Positions 1-11,111 of a DNA stretch of 64,000 nt are shown here, piece after piece. This DNA is from Candidatus Gastranaerophilales bacterium (GTDB lineage Bacteria > Cyanobacteriota > Vampirovibrionia > Gastranaerophilales > Gastranaerophilaceae): contig CALVFT010000004.1 of NCBI GenBank assembly GCA_944326915.1, forward strand, positions 39,386 to 103,385, written 5' to 3'. The notes beneath the pieces were generated by a model that ran no database searches, had not been told where the DNA came from, and was given only the letters and a program-made list of their open reading frames with translations. The translations under genes were made by a program, and so were the position numbers. Position 1 is the stretch's first letter. Every line of letters starts with the position of its first letter.

Positions 1-13
1 TTCAATGAGTTTT

Positions 14-1012
14 TTATAATATTAATAAAATAAGTGCTGCAACAACCATTGCCGGTCCAAAAGGAAGACAAGTTGCAGATGAAGGGTTTTCTCTTAGCCC
101 TCTAAAGATTTGGTAACAAGTGTAAATTCCCAATCCTGCAAGTATGATAGTTAATATTATGTATAATATAAAGTTATCGATATCTATTACGCCTGTATGT
201 TGTAGAGAGAAAAATGTAATAGCATAAATTACAAAAAGGATAAATGGTATAAATGTTTTCCAATCTTTTTTACCTATCAGATCTTTAATAAAGAAAGGAA
301 GAAAATATACAACTTGTATAATAACAGAAAGGATTAATGCAAGAATAAGAGTTTTCCATCCTAAAAATGCTCCAAGCCCTGCAGCGATGTATGTATCGCC
401 TACTTCAAACATTCTAACTCCTTTTTGTACGAGATAACCAAATCTTGCAAATACTTCCATAATAATGATACCTGCAATGATACCAAGTACAGAATTAGTA
501 AAAGGATTGTTTAGTAAAAGCTGTTTGCTAAACTCAATACTTCCTGTTGTTTGGTGCATCATAAACAAACCGTATCCTGTTACTATTGCAGAATATACCA
601 ATCCTACTCCAACAAGGGATAGAGTATGAATATCATATACTACTTTTTCTTTAAAGTCTGTTCCAGCTATAACAATAAGCAGACTTGCTATAATCCAACC
701 TGCAATTGTATCGAGTGATATTCCAAATTTGCAAAATACTAACGCAAATATAATCCCCGTTAAAAGTTCTACAATAGGATATTGTATACTAATTGGTTCT
801 TTACAAAATGCACATTTGCCTCTAAGACAAATATATGAAATAACAGGTATATTATGCCACCATTTTAGAGGGTGTTGGCATTTAGGGCATTTAGATGCCG
901 GAAAAACAATTGATTCTTCTGATAATGTTCTTAATATTACAACATTCAAAAAGCTTCCGATGCATAACCCTGTTATAAATACGAAAGCCAAAATTACTAA
1001 AAGTACCGTCAT
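14..1012 (-). CDS. pilD: Type IV prepilin peptidase / N-methyltransferase (peptidase A24, PilD/GspO family)
   Basis: 332-aa polytopic membrane ORF. N-terminal TM helix followed by the paired-Cys motif CPKCQH...CAFC typical of the A24 N-terminal domain. AGGAG about 10 nt upstream of the ATG at 1012. Starts 21 nt after the sigma gene stop. Confidence 0.85.
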   Translation of the reverse strand: MTVLLVILAFVFITGLCIGSFLNVVILRTLSEESIVFPASKCPKCQHPLKWWHNIPVISYICLRGKCAFCKEPISIQYPIVELLTGIIFALVFCKFGISLDTIAGWIIASLLIVIAGTDFKEKVVYDIHTLSLVGVGLVYSAIVTGYGLFMMHQTTGSIEFSKQLLLNNPFTNSVLGIIAGIIIMEVFARFGYLVQKGVRMFEVGDTYIAAGLGAFLGWKTLILALILSVIIQVVYFLPFFIKDLIGKKDWKTFIPFILFVIYAITFFSLQHTGVIDIDNFILYIILTIILAGLGIYTCYQIFRGLRENPSSATCLPFGPAMVVAALILLIL

Positions 1013-1033
1013 TTATGATATCTCCTTTTTACT

Positions 1034-1816
1034 TTAATTTTCTTCGGACTTGATAATTTCGTACATTTTATTTAGTGCTTTTTTCAATCTTCTAGAGACC
1101 TGCATTTGAGAAATATTAATCCTTTCAGAAATTTCTCGTTGATTTAGGTCTTCATAATAACTTAATTCAATTATTTCTCTTAAATCTTTAGGTAATTTTT
1201 TTATTGCAGCTGCAATCATTATTTTATCTTCATAAGAATTTAAAAATTCTTGATAGTCTCCTGATGGGATTTTATCCAAAAGAGATATGTCATCATCTTC
1301 AGATGTGAAAGATTGGTCTAACGATAGAGTACTTTTGCAGTGTTCAATTTCTAATACTTCGTGAATTTTAGAGGTAGGTACTCCAACTTCCTCTGCTATT
1401 TGTTCATCTGAAGGATCTTCTATACCTTTTTCATTTAATTTTTTTACAGCTGTATTTATTTTAAACACAAGTTCTTGAAGCTCTCTTGGTGCTTTAATAA
1501 TTGAGGCTTTGTCACGTAAGTAGTGTTTTATTTCTCCGCGAATAAAATAAGACGCGTAAGTCTTAAATCTTGCATTTTTTTCGGAATTAAAAAATTCAAT
1601 AGCCTTAATAAGCCCAATAGAACCAACTTGAATTAAGTCTTCTACAGGAGTTCCTGATTGTGCAGCAATATTACAGGCGATCTTTTTCACAAGATACATC
1701 GCATTTTCTACGATACTAATGTGTATCATCCTTTTTTTCTTTTCATCCTTACAGGCCTTGTATGCCACAAGTAATGAATCCAAATCTTCTGCTTTATCTA
1801 TTTTGCTCTCAATCAA
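1034..1816 (-). CDS. RNA polymerase sigma-70 family factor, group 3 (SigF/SigB-like)
   Basis: 260 aa. Region 2 block YASYFIRGEIKHYLRD and region 4 HTH LNQREISERINISQMQVSRRLKKAL. TTG start preceded by GGAG. Extended -10 (TGCTATACT on the minus strand) lies upstream. Confidence 0.8.
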   Translation of the reverse strand: MIESKIDKAEDLDSLLVAYKACKDEKKKRMIHISIVENAMYLVKKIACNIAAQSGTPVEDLIQVGSIGLIKAIEFFNSEKNARFKTYASYFIRGEIKHYLRDKASIIKAPRELQELVFKINTAVKKLNEKGIEDPSDEQIAEEVGVPTSKIHEVLEIEHCKSTLSLDQSFTSEDDDISLLDKIPSGDYQEFLNSYEDKIMIAAAIKKLPKDLREIIELSYYEDLNQREISERINISQMQVSRRLKKALNKMYEIIKSEEN

Positions 1817-1964
1817 AATAATTCTCCAATACTACTTATTAGTATAGCATAAAGCTTATTAAAAACAAAATCATCAATTTAATTTATTTTTCGTAATAAA
1901 AATTATGTGATTTATTTTTTGTATGATACAATGAGAGATATATTTTATATGGAGCAAATGAAAA

Positions 1965-2246
1965 ATGATAACAATCAAAGATGTAGAACATGTTGCAAAA
2001 TTAGCAAGATTAGAATTAACAGAAGAAGAGAAAGAATTATACACAAAACAATTAGGAGATGTTCTTAAATACGTTGACCAGATGAATGAGGTTGACACAT
2101 CCGATGTAAAACCGATGACTCAGGTTATTGATTTTGTAAATGTAATGCGTGAAGATGTGGTGCATTATGAACAGACTAAAGAAGAGCTTATGGCAAATGC
2201 ACCTGAAGAAGAAAACGGATTTTTTAGAGTTCCAAAAATTAATTAG
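1965..2246 (+). CDS. gatC: Asp/Glu-tRNA amidotransferase subunit C
   Basis: 93 aa. N-terminus ITIKDVEHVAKLARLELTEEEKELYTKQLGDVLKYVDQMNEVDTSDV is the classic GatC pattern. GGAG RBS upstream. Confidence 0.85.
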   Translation: MITIKDVEHVAKLARLELTEEEKELYTKQLGDVLKYVDQMNEVDTSDVKPMTQVIDFVNVMREDVVHYEQTKEELMANAPEEENGFFRVPKIN

Positions 2247-2248
2247 AG

Positions 2249-2279
2249 ATGATGCCGCTTTAGCTGCGGCATCTTTTTC
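2249..2279 (+). terminator. Rho-independent terminator-like hairpin between gatC and pyrG (possible pyrG attenuator)
   Basis: 8-bp GC-rich stem GATGCCGC / GCGGCATC (2251-2258 / 2266-2273), 7-nt loop, followed by TTTTT. Only about 36 nt remain before the pyrG ATG. Confidence 0.55.
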
Positions 2280-2299
2280 AATATAAGTATTTTGAGTAG

Positions 2300-3916
<1,617 letters not shown>

Positions 3917-3926
3917 TTAGATTAAT

Positions 3927-3958
3927 AAAAGCCCAATTATTGGGCTTTTATTGTTTTT
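3927..3958 (+). terminator. Rho-independent terminator after pyrG
   Basis: AAAAGCCCAA-TTA-TTGGGCTTTT hairpin followed by a T-rich tract. Confidence 0.6.
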
Positions 3959-4042
3959 GATATTACTTTTTGGTTGACTATAAGGTGTTTTCATTGTATC
4001 TTAAAGGGACAGTAGTTTATTTTGTGGGGAGATTTTAATATA

Positions 4043-5431
4043 ATGGAAGAGAATAATAATGTGTTGAAAAAGTTTACATCTGCTCAGTTTTTAAATTTTG
4101 CATTAGGATTTTTTGGTTTGCAATTTGCTTGGCAGATGAGAATTATTTTATCAGGGCCTGTTACAGAAAGTCTTGGAGCTTCTCCTTTTATTTATGGTTT
4201 GATATGGCTTGCAGGACCTTTTACAGGAATGGTTGTTCAGCCAATTGTTGGAGCATTGAGTGATAAGACAGTATCTCCATTAGGTAGAAGAAGACCTTAT
4301 CTTTTAGGAGGAGCATTATTAGCTTCTGTTGCATTATGGATATTCCCGAATTCTGCTAGTGTTGCAGACTTCTTGGAGAAAATGGTTGGAATACATCTTC
4401 CTGCATTGACAGCGTTGTTAATAGCCGCAATTATGATTTGGATTATTGATGCTTGCGTAAATGTGGCTCAAGGTCCATATCGAGCTTTAATTCCTGATAT
4501 TGTACCTGAAGAACAATATTCTTTAGCTAATTCTTATATTAGTTTAGCGATAGGGTTAGGCTCAGTAATCGCTGCAGGTGCAGCACCTTTTTTGAAGTAT
4601 TTCTTTAATTATCAAATGTCTATTCCTGCACAGTTTATTATGGCAGCATTAGCTTTTACTTTGGGTATGGTTTGGACTTGTATTACGATAAAAGAGCATA
4701 ATAATAAAAAAGAAACATTAAAAGATGTAGCTACAGCAGAAAAACAGGAAGATTCTTTTATTGATGCATTAAAGAATTTCTTTGCACTATCGCCAGAGGT
4801 TACTAAAATTTGTACAATGCAATTTTTTACTTGGATTGGAACAATGTGTATGATGATATTTTTTACACAGTATGCAGTGCATACTTTATACTGTGTTCCA
4901 GATTTAACTACTGCTGCTGATTCTACAAAACAAATGTTTGATAATGCAGTTGTAACCGGAACTAATTTTTCATCTATATGTTTTGCTATATTTAATCTTG
5001 TATGCTTTTTAGTAGCTATTCCAATTGGAGTTTTGTCTGCGAAGTTTGGAAATAAAAAAGTTCACATTATATCTCTTTTATCAATGGTATTGGCGTATCT
5101 TGGAATGGCGTTTGCAAAAGATCCAAAAATTGTTGCAGCTATGATGGGATTGGCTGGTATAGGTTGGGCTAGTATTTGTGCATTACCTTTTGCTATGTTG
5201 TCTCAGTACATCAAAAAGGGAACAGAAGGTTCAGTAATGGGTATTTTTAATATATTTATAGCAGGTCCTCAAGTTTTTGTTTGTACACTTGTAGCTTGGG
5301 TAATTTCTAAATGTGGTTTTAGTATGGGATCAGATTACATAAATTATCACTGGGAATATGCATTTCTGATTGGTGCATTTTGTTTATTAGTAGCTGCAGT
5401 AATAGCAAAATCAGTTAAAGAGAAGGCTTAA
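4043..5431 (+). CDS. MFS/GPH-family transporter of the sucrose-H+ symporter (SUT/SLC45) type
   Basis: About 12 TM profile. Motifs VGALSDKTVSPLGRRRPYLLGGA and IIDACVNVAQGPYRALIPDI match plant/cyanobacterial SUT signatures (GRRRPF; QGPCRALLADL). The ATG at 4043 is preferred over the TTG at 4022. Confidence 0.7.
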   Translation: MEENNNVLKKFTSAQFLNFALGFFGLQFAWQMRIILSGPVTESLGASPFIYGLIWLAGPFTGMVVQPIVGALSDKTVSPLGRRRPYLLGGALLASVALWIFPNSASVADFLEKMVGIHLPALTALLIAAIMIWIIDACVNVAQGPYRALIPDIVPEEQYSLANSYISLAIGLGSVIAAGAAPFLKYFFNYQMSIPAQFIMAALAFTLGMVWTCITIKEHNNKKETLKDVATAEKQEDSFIDALKNFFALSPEVTKICTMQFFTWIGTMCMMIFFTQYAVHTLYCVPDLTTAADSTKQMFDNAVVTGTNFSSICFAIFNLVCFLVAIPIGVLSAKFGNKKVHIISLLSMVLAYLGMAFAKDPKIVAAMMGLAGIGWASICALPFAMLSQYIKKGTEGSVMGIFNIFIAGPQVFVCTLVAWVISKCGFSMGSDYINYHWEYAFLIGAFCLLVAAVIAKSVKEKA

Positions 5432-5434
5432 AAA

Positions 5435-6853
5435 ATGACAGAAAATATTGAAGAACAAAAGAAGAAAAGAGTTTTACTAATTTATCCGCCATCCCCTGTG
5501 ATGAATCGAGAAGATAGATGTCAGCAACCGACTAAGGAATTGTTAGTAATCCCACCACTACCACCTCAAGATTTGATGTATCTTGCAGCTGTTGCTGAAA
5601 AAGTTGGATTAGAGGCTAAAATTGAGGATTATAGTCAAGGTGGTGATTATGAAAAGGATTTAAAAGAATTTAATCCTGATTACTTAGTTATTAATATAGC
5701 AACTCCAACGCTAGAACATGATTTGGATGCTGTAAAAAAAGCAAAAGAGATTTGTCCCAATGTAACTACAATAGCCAAAGGTGCAGCTTTTTTAACTTTG
5801 GGTATGGCAATTCTTGAAGAACATAAAGATTTAGATATTGGTATTCTTGGAGAAGCTGAGGAAACTTTAAAAGAAATTTTAGAAGGAAAGACCTATTCAG
5901 ATATTTTAGGTATATATTACCGTGATGACTTGTTAATTAAATTTAACGGTCCACGACCTTTTATAGAAGATTTGGATTCTATTCCATTCCCAGCTCGTCA
6001 TTTAGTTGATAATTCTATTTATCGAAGACCTGATAATAACAAGGTTCAAGCGACTATAAAGGTCTCAAGAGGTTGCCCTTTTCATTGCTTTTTCTGTTTA
6101 GCAACTCCTGTATCAGGAGCTAAAGTAAGACGTCGTAGTGTTGAGAATATTATGGCAGAAATAAAAGAGTGTGTTGAAAAATATAATATAACTAACTTTT
6201 TATTTTGGTCAGATATATTTAATCTTGATAAAAAATGGGTTTATGACTTGTGTCAAGCAATTATTGATTCAGGATTAAAAATTACTTGGTCTGCAAATAC
6301 AAGAGCAGATACTGCAGATTACGATATGGCTAAAAAAATGTATGAATCAGGTTGTAGACTTGTGAGTATAGGTGTTGAAAGCGGTTCTCAATATATGCTT
6401 GATAAAATGGGTAAAAAGATTACTCTTGATGATATTAGAAGAACTGTAAAAATTTTCAAAAAAGCTAAGATAAGAATATATAATTATTTTGTAATAGGCT
6501 TGCCTTGGGAGAGTGAAGAAACAGTTGAGGATACAATTCGTTTTGCTATAGAGCTTGATAGTGATTTTATTAGTTTCTATACAGCGACACCTCTACCTGG
6601 ATCAACTTATTATAACTATGCAAAGGAACATAACCTATTTGATAAAGATACTTCTTTTGAAAGTGCTTATTTTTATCCGGCTGTAAATACTCATCATTTA
6701 ACAAAGGATAGAGTTTTTGAATTACATAAGTCTGCAATAAGACGTTTTTACCTAAGACCTATGTATATTTTAAGAATGCTTTCAAGAATTCGTTCTTTTG
6801 AAGAGATTAAAAATTATTTTCGAGCAGGTATGAGTGTTTTATTAAGAAAATAA
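5435..6853 (+). CDS. B12-binding-domain radical SAM protein (class B rSAM), substrate unknown
   Basis: 472 aa. N-terminal Rossmann-like B12-binding region, then CxxxCxxC in VSRGCPFHCFFCLA. Starts 3 nt after the transporter stop. Confidence 0.75.
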   Translation: MTENIEEQKKKRVLLIYPPSPVMNREDRCQQPTKELLVIPPLPPQDLMYLAAVAEKVGLEAKIEDYSQGGDYEKDLKEFNPDYLVINIATPTLEHDLDAVKKAKEICPNVTTIAKGAAFLTLGMAILEEHKDLDIGILGEAEETLKEILEGKTYSDILGIYYRDDLLIKFNGPRPFIEDLDSIPFPARHLVDNSIYRRPDNNKVQATIKVSRGCPFHCFFCLATPVSGAKVRRRSVENIMAEIKECVEKYNITNFLFWSDIFNLDKKWVYDLCQAIIDSGLKITWSANTRADTADYDMAKKMYESGCRLVSIGVESGSQYMLDKMGKKITLDDIRRTVKIFKKAKIRIYNYFVIGLPWESEETVEDTIRFAIELDSDFISFYTATPLPGSTYYNYAKEHNLFDKDTSFESAYFYPAVNTHHLTKDRVFELHKSAIRRFYLRPMYILRMLSRIRSFEEIKNYFRAGMSVLLRK

Positions 6854-6868
6854 ATAGATTTTGTACCC

Positions 6869-6910
6869 AAAAAAGAAACGGGTTTTAAATGTAAAACTCG
6901 TTTCTTTTTT
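6869..6910. terminator. Bidirectional rho-independent terminator
   Basis: Long hairpin GAAACGGGTTTTA / TAAAACTCGTTTC flanked by an A-run and a T-run, between convergent genes ending at 6853 (+) and 6938 (-). Confidence 0.6.
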
Positions 6911-6937
6911 ATAAATTTTATCTAAAGATCTAAAGAA

Positions 6938-7609
6938 CTATAAAGTTAGTACAAAACCGCCTTTGTCAGCATTTTGTAACTTTTCACCTTCAATTTTTGC
7001 TCTAAGATTTTTGATGTATTTATACACATAATCTCTTGGCAAGTCAAGTAATGCAGCAAGATCTTTTGCATAAACAATTTGACCTTTATGTTGTGCAAAA
7101 TGATCAAAAACTTTTTGTTCTCTATCAGTAAGAGCTTTTTTAAATACTACTCTCACATCATCTCTAAGTTCATCGTTAGAAATACTTTGAGTATTTTTAG
7201 GAGCGACTTTTTTTGATGTTTCCTTTGAAGTTGTTACTTTCGCTTTTGTTGTTTTTGCTTTAGGTTTTGATTTAACTTCTTTTTTAGTTTCCTTAGGCAT
7301 AGCTTTTTCAGCTAAATCGTTCACAATTTCTGCAGAAAGTTTAGTCGCTGAAAATGGTGAAGGAGCTATTTCTTGTTCTCTTTCATAAGCTCTTTCTGCT
7401 ATAGAACTTAATCTTTCAGCACGAGATTGCATCCAGTCTTCACTTGTAGAAACTACAGGTTTTCCTTTTAACACTATATCAACTAAGTCATTTGTAGGCT
7501 TAGCTTCTTCTATTTTCTTCCCTAATCTCGCAGCAAATTCCTCTAAAGTTATCTTTTCTAATGAGCTTCTCCATTGTTTAATCTCTTCTTTGCTCAAGTA
7601 TTCAGACAT
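6938..7609 (-). CDS. Orphan winged-helix DNA-binding protein (OmpR/PhoB-type effector domain, no receiver)
   Basis: 223 aa. C-terminus LTDREQKVFDHFAQHKGQIVYAKDLAALLDLPRDYVYKYIKNLRAKIEG resembles Trans_reg_C. Central Lys/Thr-rich linker KKEVKSKPKAKTTKAKVTTSKETSKK. No REC motifs. Confidence 0.45.
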   Translation of the reverse strand: MSEYLSKEEIKQWRSSLEKITLEEFAARLGKKIEEAKPTNDLVDIVLKGKPVVSTSEDWMQSRAERLSSIAERAYEREQEIAPSPFSATKLSAEIVNDLAEKAMPKETKKEVKSKPKAKTTKAKVTTSKETSKKVAPKNTQSISNDELRDDVRVVFKKALTDREQKVFDHFAQHKGQIVYAKDLAALLDLPRDYVYKYIKNLRAKIEGEKLQNADKGGFVLTL

Positions 7610-7764
7610 TCACTAATCTCCTTCAAAAACTATATCTGTCTTCTCTATATTCTTAATCTAGCATAAACCATGCCCAAAAGTTCAAAATGTTTCATAACGT
7701 AAATTTTTGTGTTCTTTATTTAACATTCCCTTAACAGCTTGTATTTACGTGCTAAAACTCAATT

Positions 7765-8442
7765 TTAGTATAGTACTCCGGAATCTAATATTTTTTGAAC
7801 TTCTTTTTGCATGATTGAATGAATTTCTTCAATGGATTTTGTTCCATCTATGCTTTTGAAGTTATATTCTTTTTTCATTCTGTTGTATTGTTCCAGACAC
7901 TTGTTTTGATAAATCTCAAAGCTTTTATAGAAATCTGTTGAAAATCCGACATCTCTACCACTTTCGTAATAGTTAAGTCCGGTTGTTCCAATTATTCTTT
8001 TTAATAGAACATCTACAGGCATATCAAGATAGAATATTAAATCAGGTTCAGGTGCACATTCATACAAGTTTTTTACCCATTCAATATCTTGACCTCTGAC
8101 AACATCTCTTGCTAGTGCTGTATAGTAGTATCTATCAAGAAGTACTATAAATCCTGATTTGAGTGCAGGGATAATTTGGTTTTCTAATCTATCGACAAAA
8201 TCAGCTGCATACAAAAGACTGTATGTTGTAGCATTTAATAAATTTCTGTCTTTTGCATCATCAATTACATTTGCAATAAGTCTTGAGGTTTTCCATTCAG
8301 ATACCATAACACCGTATGATTGTGCCTGAATAGAACGTTTAAGCAGTTCTAGTTGTGTAGATTTTCCAGAACCATCTGTTCCTTCTATAACTATAAGAAG
8401 TCCTTCATAATTATGTTTCTTTTGAAATTTTTTCATTTTCAC
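7765..8442 (-). CDS. Thymidylate kinase-like P-loop kinase (divergent paralog B)
   Basis: P-loop VIEGTDGSGKSTQ and DRY block LLDRYYYTALARDVVRG. 225 aa. Confidence 0.7.
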   Translation of the reverse strand: MKMKKFQKKHNYEGLLIVIEGTDGSGKSTQLELLKRSIQAQSYGVMVSEWKTSRLIANVIDDAKDRNLLNATTYSLLYAADFVDRLENQIIPALKSGFIVLLDRYYYTALARDVVRGQDIEWVKNLYECAPEPDLIFYLDMPVDVLLKRIIGTTGLNYYESGRDVGFSTDFYKSFEIYQNKCLEQYNRMKKEYNFKSIDGTKSIEEIHSIMQKEVQKILDSGVLY

Positions 8443-8465
8443 CTCTGCTGTTTTTGAAATGTAAT

Positions 8466-9140
8466 TTATATTTCTACACCCTTTGCGTTTAATACTTCTT
8501 TAAGCATATTTCTTATAGCTACTTGCTTTGAATGGATTGAGTCAAGGGCATTAAGTTTTACCAATCCAAACTCATCCACCATTTTTTGATATTCTTTTAT
8601 CACTCTGCCTTGAAAAATCATATAACTTTCATATGGATCGTTGCTGAGTTTTAAGTCCATACCTGCTTCATAGAATTTTGGAGCTCTGTTTGAACAGATT
8701 CTTTCCATAGAAGTTTTAGGGTCTATGTCAAAATAAAGAGCTAAATCAGGCTGGTATGCAAAACTGTATACTTTTCTTACCCAATCAGGATCTACACCTC
8801 TTGCGACATCTCTTGCAAAAGCAGTATATGCATATCTGTCTGCAAGTACAATAAATCCAGCTTTTAGAGCAGGTCCAATTACTTGTTTTAGTCTGTCTGC
8901 AAAGTCTACTGCATGTAATAGCGAAAAAGTTCTTGGTGAAAGTAAATTCTTTTTCTTTGCAAGTTTGGTTGTCTGACTAATTAAATCAGAAGAATTCCAT
9001 TCTGTAAAAATAACATCTTTCCCTGAAGATTTTAGCCAATCTCTTAACAGCGTAATTTGAGTAGACTTCCCAGAACCGTCTATTCCTTCTACACATACAA
9101 GAGTTCCCGGTAGATTATGTTTTTCTGTTAGTCTTGACAC
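8466..9140 (-). CDS. Thymidylate kinase-like P-loop kinase (divergent paralog A)
   Basis: P-loop VEGIDGSGKSTQ and DRY block LADRYAYTAFARDVARG. 224 aa. Begins 3 nt after the upstream HD gene stop. Confidence 0.7.
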   Translation of the reverse strand: MSRLTEKHNLPGTLVCVEGIDGSGKSTQITLLRDWLKSSGKDVIFTEWNSSDLISQTTKLAKKKNLLSPRTFSLLHAVDFADRLKQVIGPALKAGFIVLADRYAYTAFARDVARGVDPDWVRKVYSFAYQPDLALYFDIDPKTSMERICSNRAPKFYEAGMDLKLSNDPYESYMIFQGRVIKEYQKMVDEFGLVKLNALDSIHSKQVAIRNMLKEVLNAKGVEI

Positions 9141-9143
9141 TTG

Positions 9144-9986
9144 CTAGACTCCTTCTTTTTCTAAAAGTTGTACATTAATTTTACCAAACTTGGCAGATAA
9201 ATTATCTACAAGGTGAATAAAGTATAATTCAGGTTCTAAATCTTTTTCACCTAAGTCAATAATTGCTCCCCATTCAGCTCTTCCATGGTGAGCTGCAATC
9301 ATTCTTGCAATTTCTTTAAAGCCGTTTGTCATACATATTGAAAAACCAAACTGAGAATGACTAATCCATTCTTTTCTAAAGTTTTCATCATAATCAATCA
9401 AACCGTTTTCTACATCAATAGTATATTCAAAGATTTTGCCGATATCATGAAGCAGACAAGCGGCATAAATATGATCGGTATTAAATTTATGGCTTGAAAT
9501 AGTCATATTCTGATCAGCAAACTTTAAACATTCAAGAGTGTGAACGATTAATCCTCCGATGTAGTTGTGATGCATAACTTTTGCAGCTGGCATAATTTTT
9601 ATTTTATCTTTATTTTCTATAAAAAATTGAGTAAGAAATGCATTTAATTTCTCATCTTTAACTTTGTCAATGTATGAAATAAGTTCATTATAGACTTTTT
9701 CTTGTTCTTGCTCGTTAAGTCCCATTTTTGCTTCTTTTACAAGTTCGAGTGCTGATATCAAACAATTATTGAATTTTTCATTAAAAGAGGCTGATACAAT
9801 CCTTACGATGTTTCCGCATCTGAATATTTTATGGTCGAACCTATTTAATGTTTCTTCCCATAATATGCAGTTTAATAAAGAACCGTCTTGAGGATTTTTT
9901 AGTTGTAATTTCCCCATTTTAGTTCCTGCTTTTGTATCACCAACTGCAAACACTACTACTTCGTAATCTATATCAGTACTGAACAT
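9144..9986 (-). CDS. OB-fold + HD-domain phosphohydrolase (YhaM-like 3'-5' exoribonuclease family)
   Basis: N-terminal OB-like region, then HHNYIGGLIVHTLE, LLHDIGKI, AAHHGRAEWGA and HLVDNLSAK motifs as in YhaM-type HD proteins. Confidence 0.65.
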   Translation of the reverse strand: MFSTDIDYEVVVFAVGDTKAGTKMGKLQLKNPQDGSLLNCILWEETLNRFDHKIFRCGNIVRIVSASFNEKFNNCLISALELVKEAKMGLNEQEQEKVYNELISYIDKVKDEKLNAFLTQFFIENKDKIKIMPAAKVMHHNYIGGLIVHTLECLKFADQNMTISSHKFNTDHIYAACLLHDIGKIFEYTIDVENGLIDYDENFRKEWISHSQFGFSICMTNGFKEIARMIAAHHGRAEWGAIIDLGEKDLEPELYFIHLVDNLSAKFGKINVQLLEKEGV

Positions 9987-10000
9987 TGTATCCTCTTTTA

Positions 10001-11044
<1,044 letters not shown>

Positions 11045-11111
11045 CTACTCCTTGTCTAAATTCTAGCACAAAGAAAAAATATAAAAGCGATATGTTAAAT
11101 AAAATAATATT

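Noticed and set aside
729-1037. Track ORFs lying antisense inside well-supported genes: 729-1037, 1874-2098, 11736-11921, 13529-13780, 14625-14819, 20953-21219, 21309-21680, 24964-25290, 28304-28582, 30947-31531, 32021-32281, 32610-33082, 35817-36200, 37059-37935, 39122-39478, 40320-40664, 41489-42958, 43508-43819, 45107-45560, 47868-48186, 51031-51219, 52863-53102, 53627-53944, 54728-55054, 56548-56865, 57749-58024, 59589-61197
   Set aside because: Each is embedded opposite a gene with clear family motifs. Their products are low-complexity (Phe/Ser/Leu/Ile-rich mirror-strand products of an AT-rich genome), and none has a convincing RBS.
4043-6853. MFS + B12-rSAM pair as a relic PucC/LhaA + BchE (bacteriochlorophyll) module
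   Set aside because: The transporter carries SUT/SLC45 signatures (GRRRPY, QGPYRALIPD) rather than PucC-type motifs. I see no other pigment-biosynthesis genes in the window.
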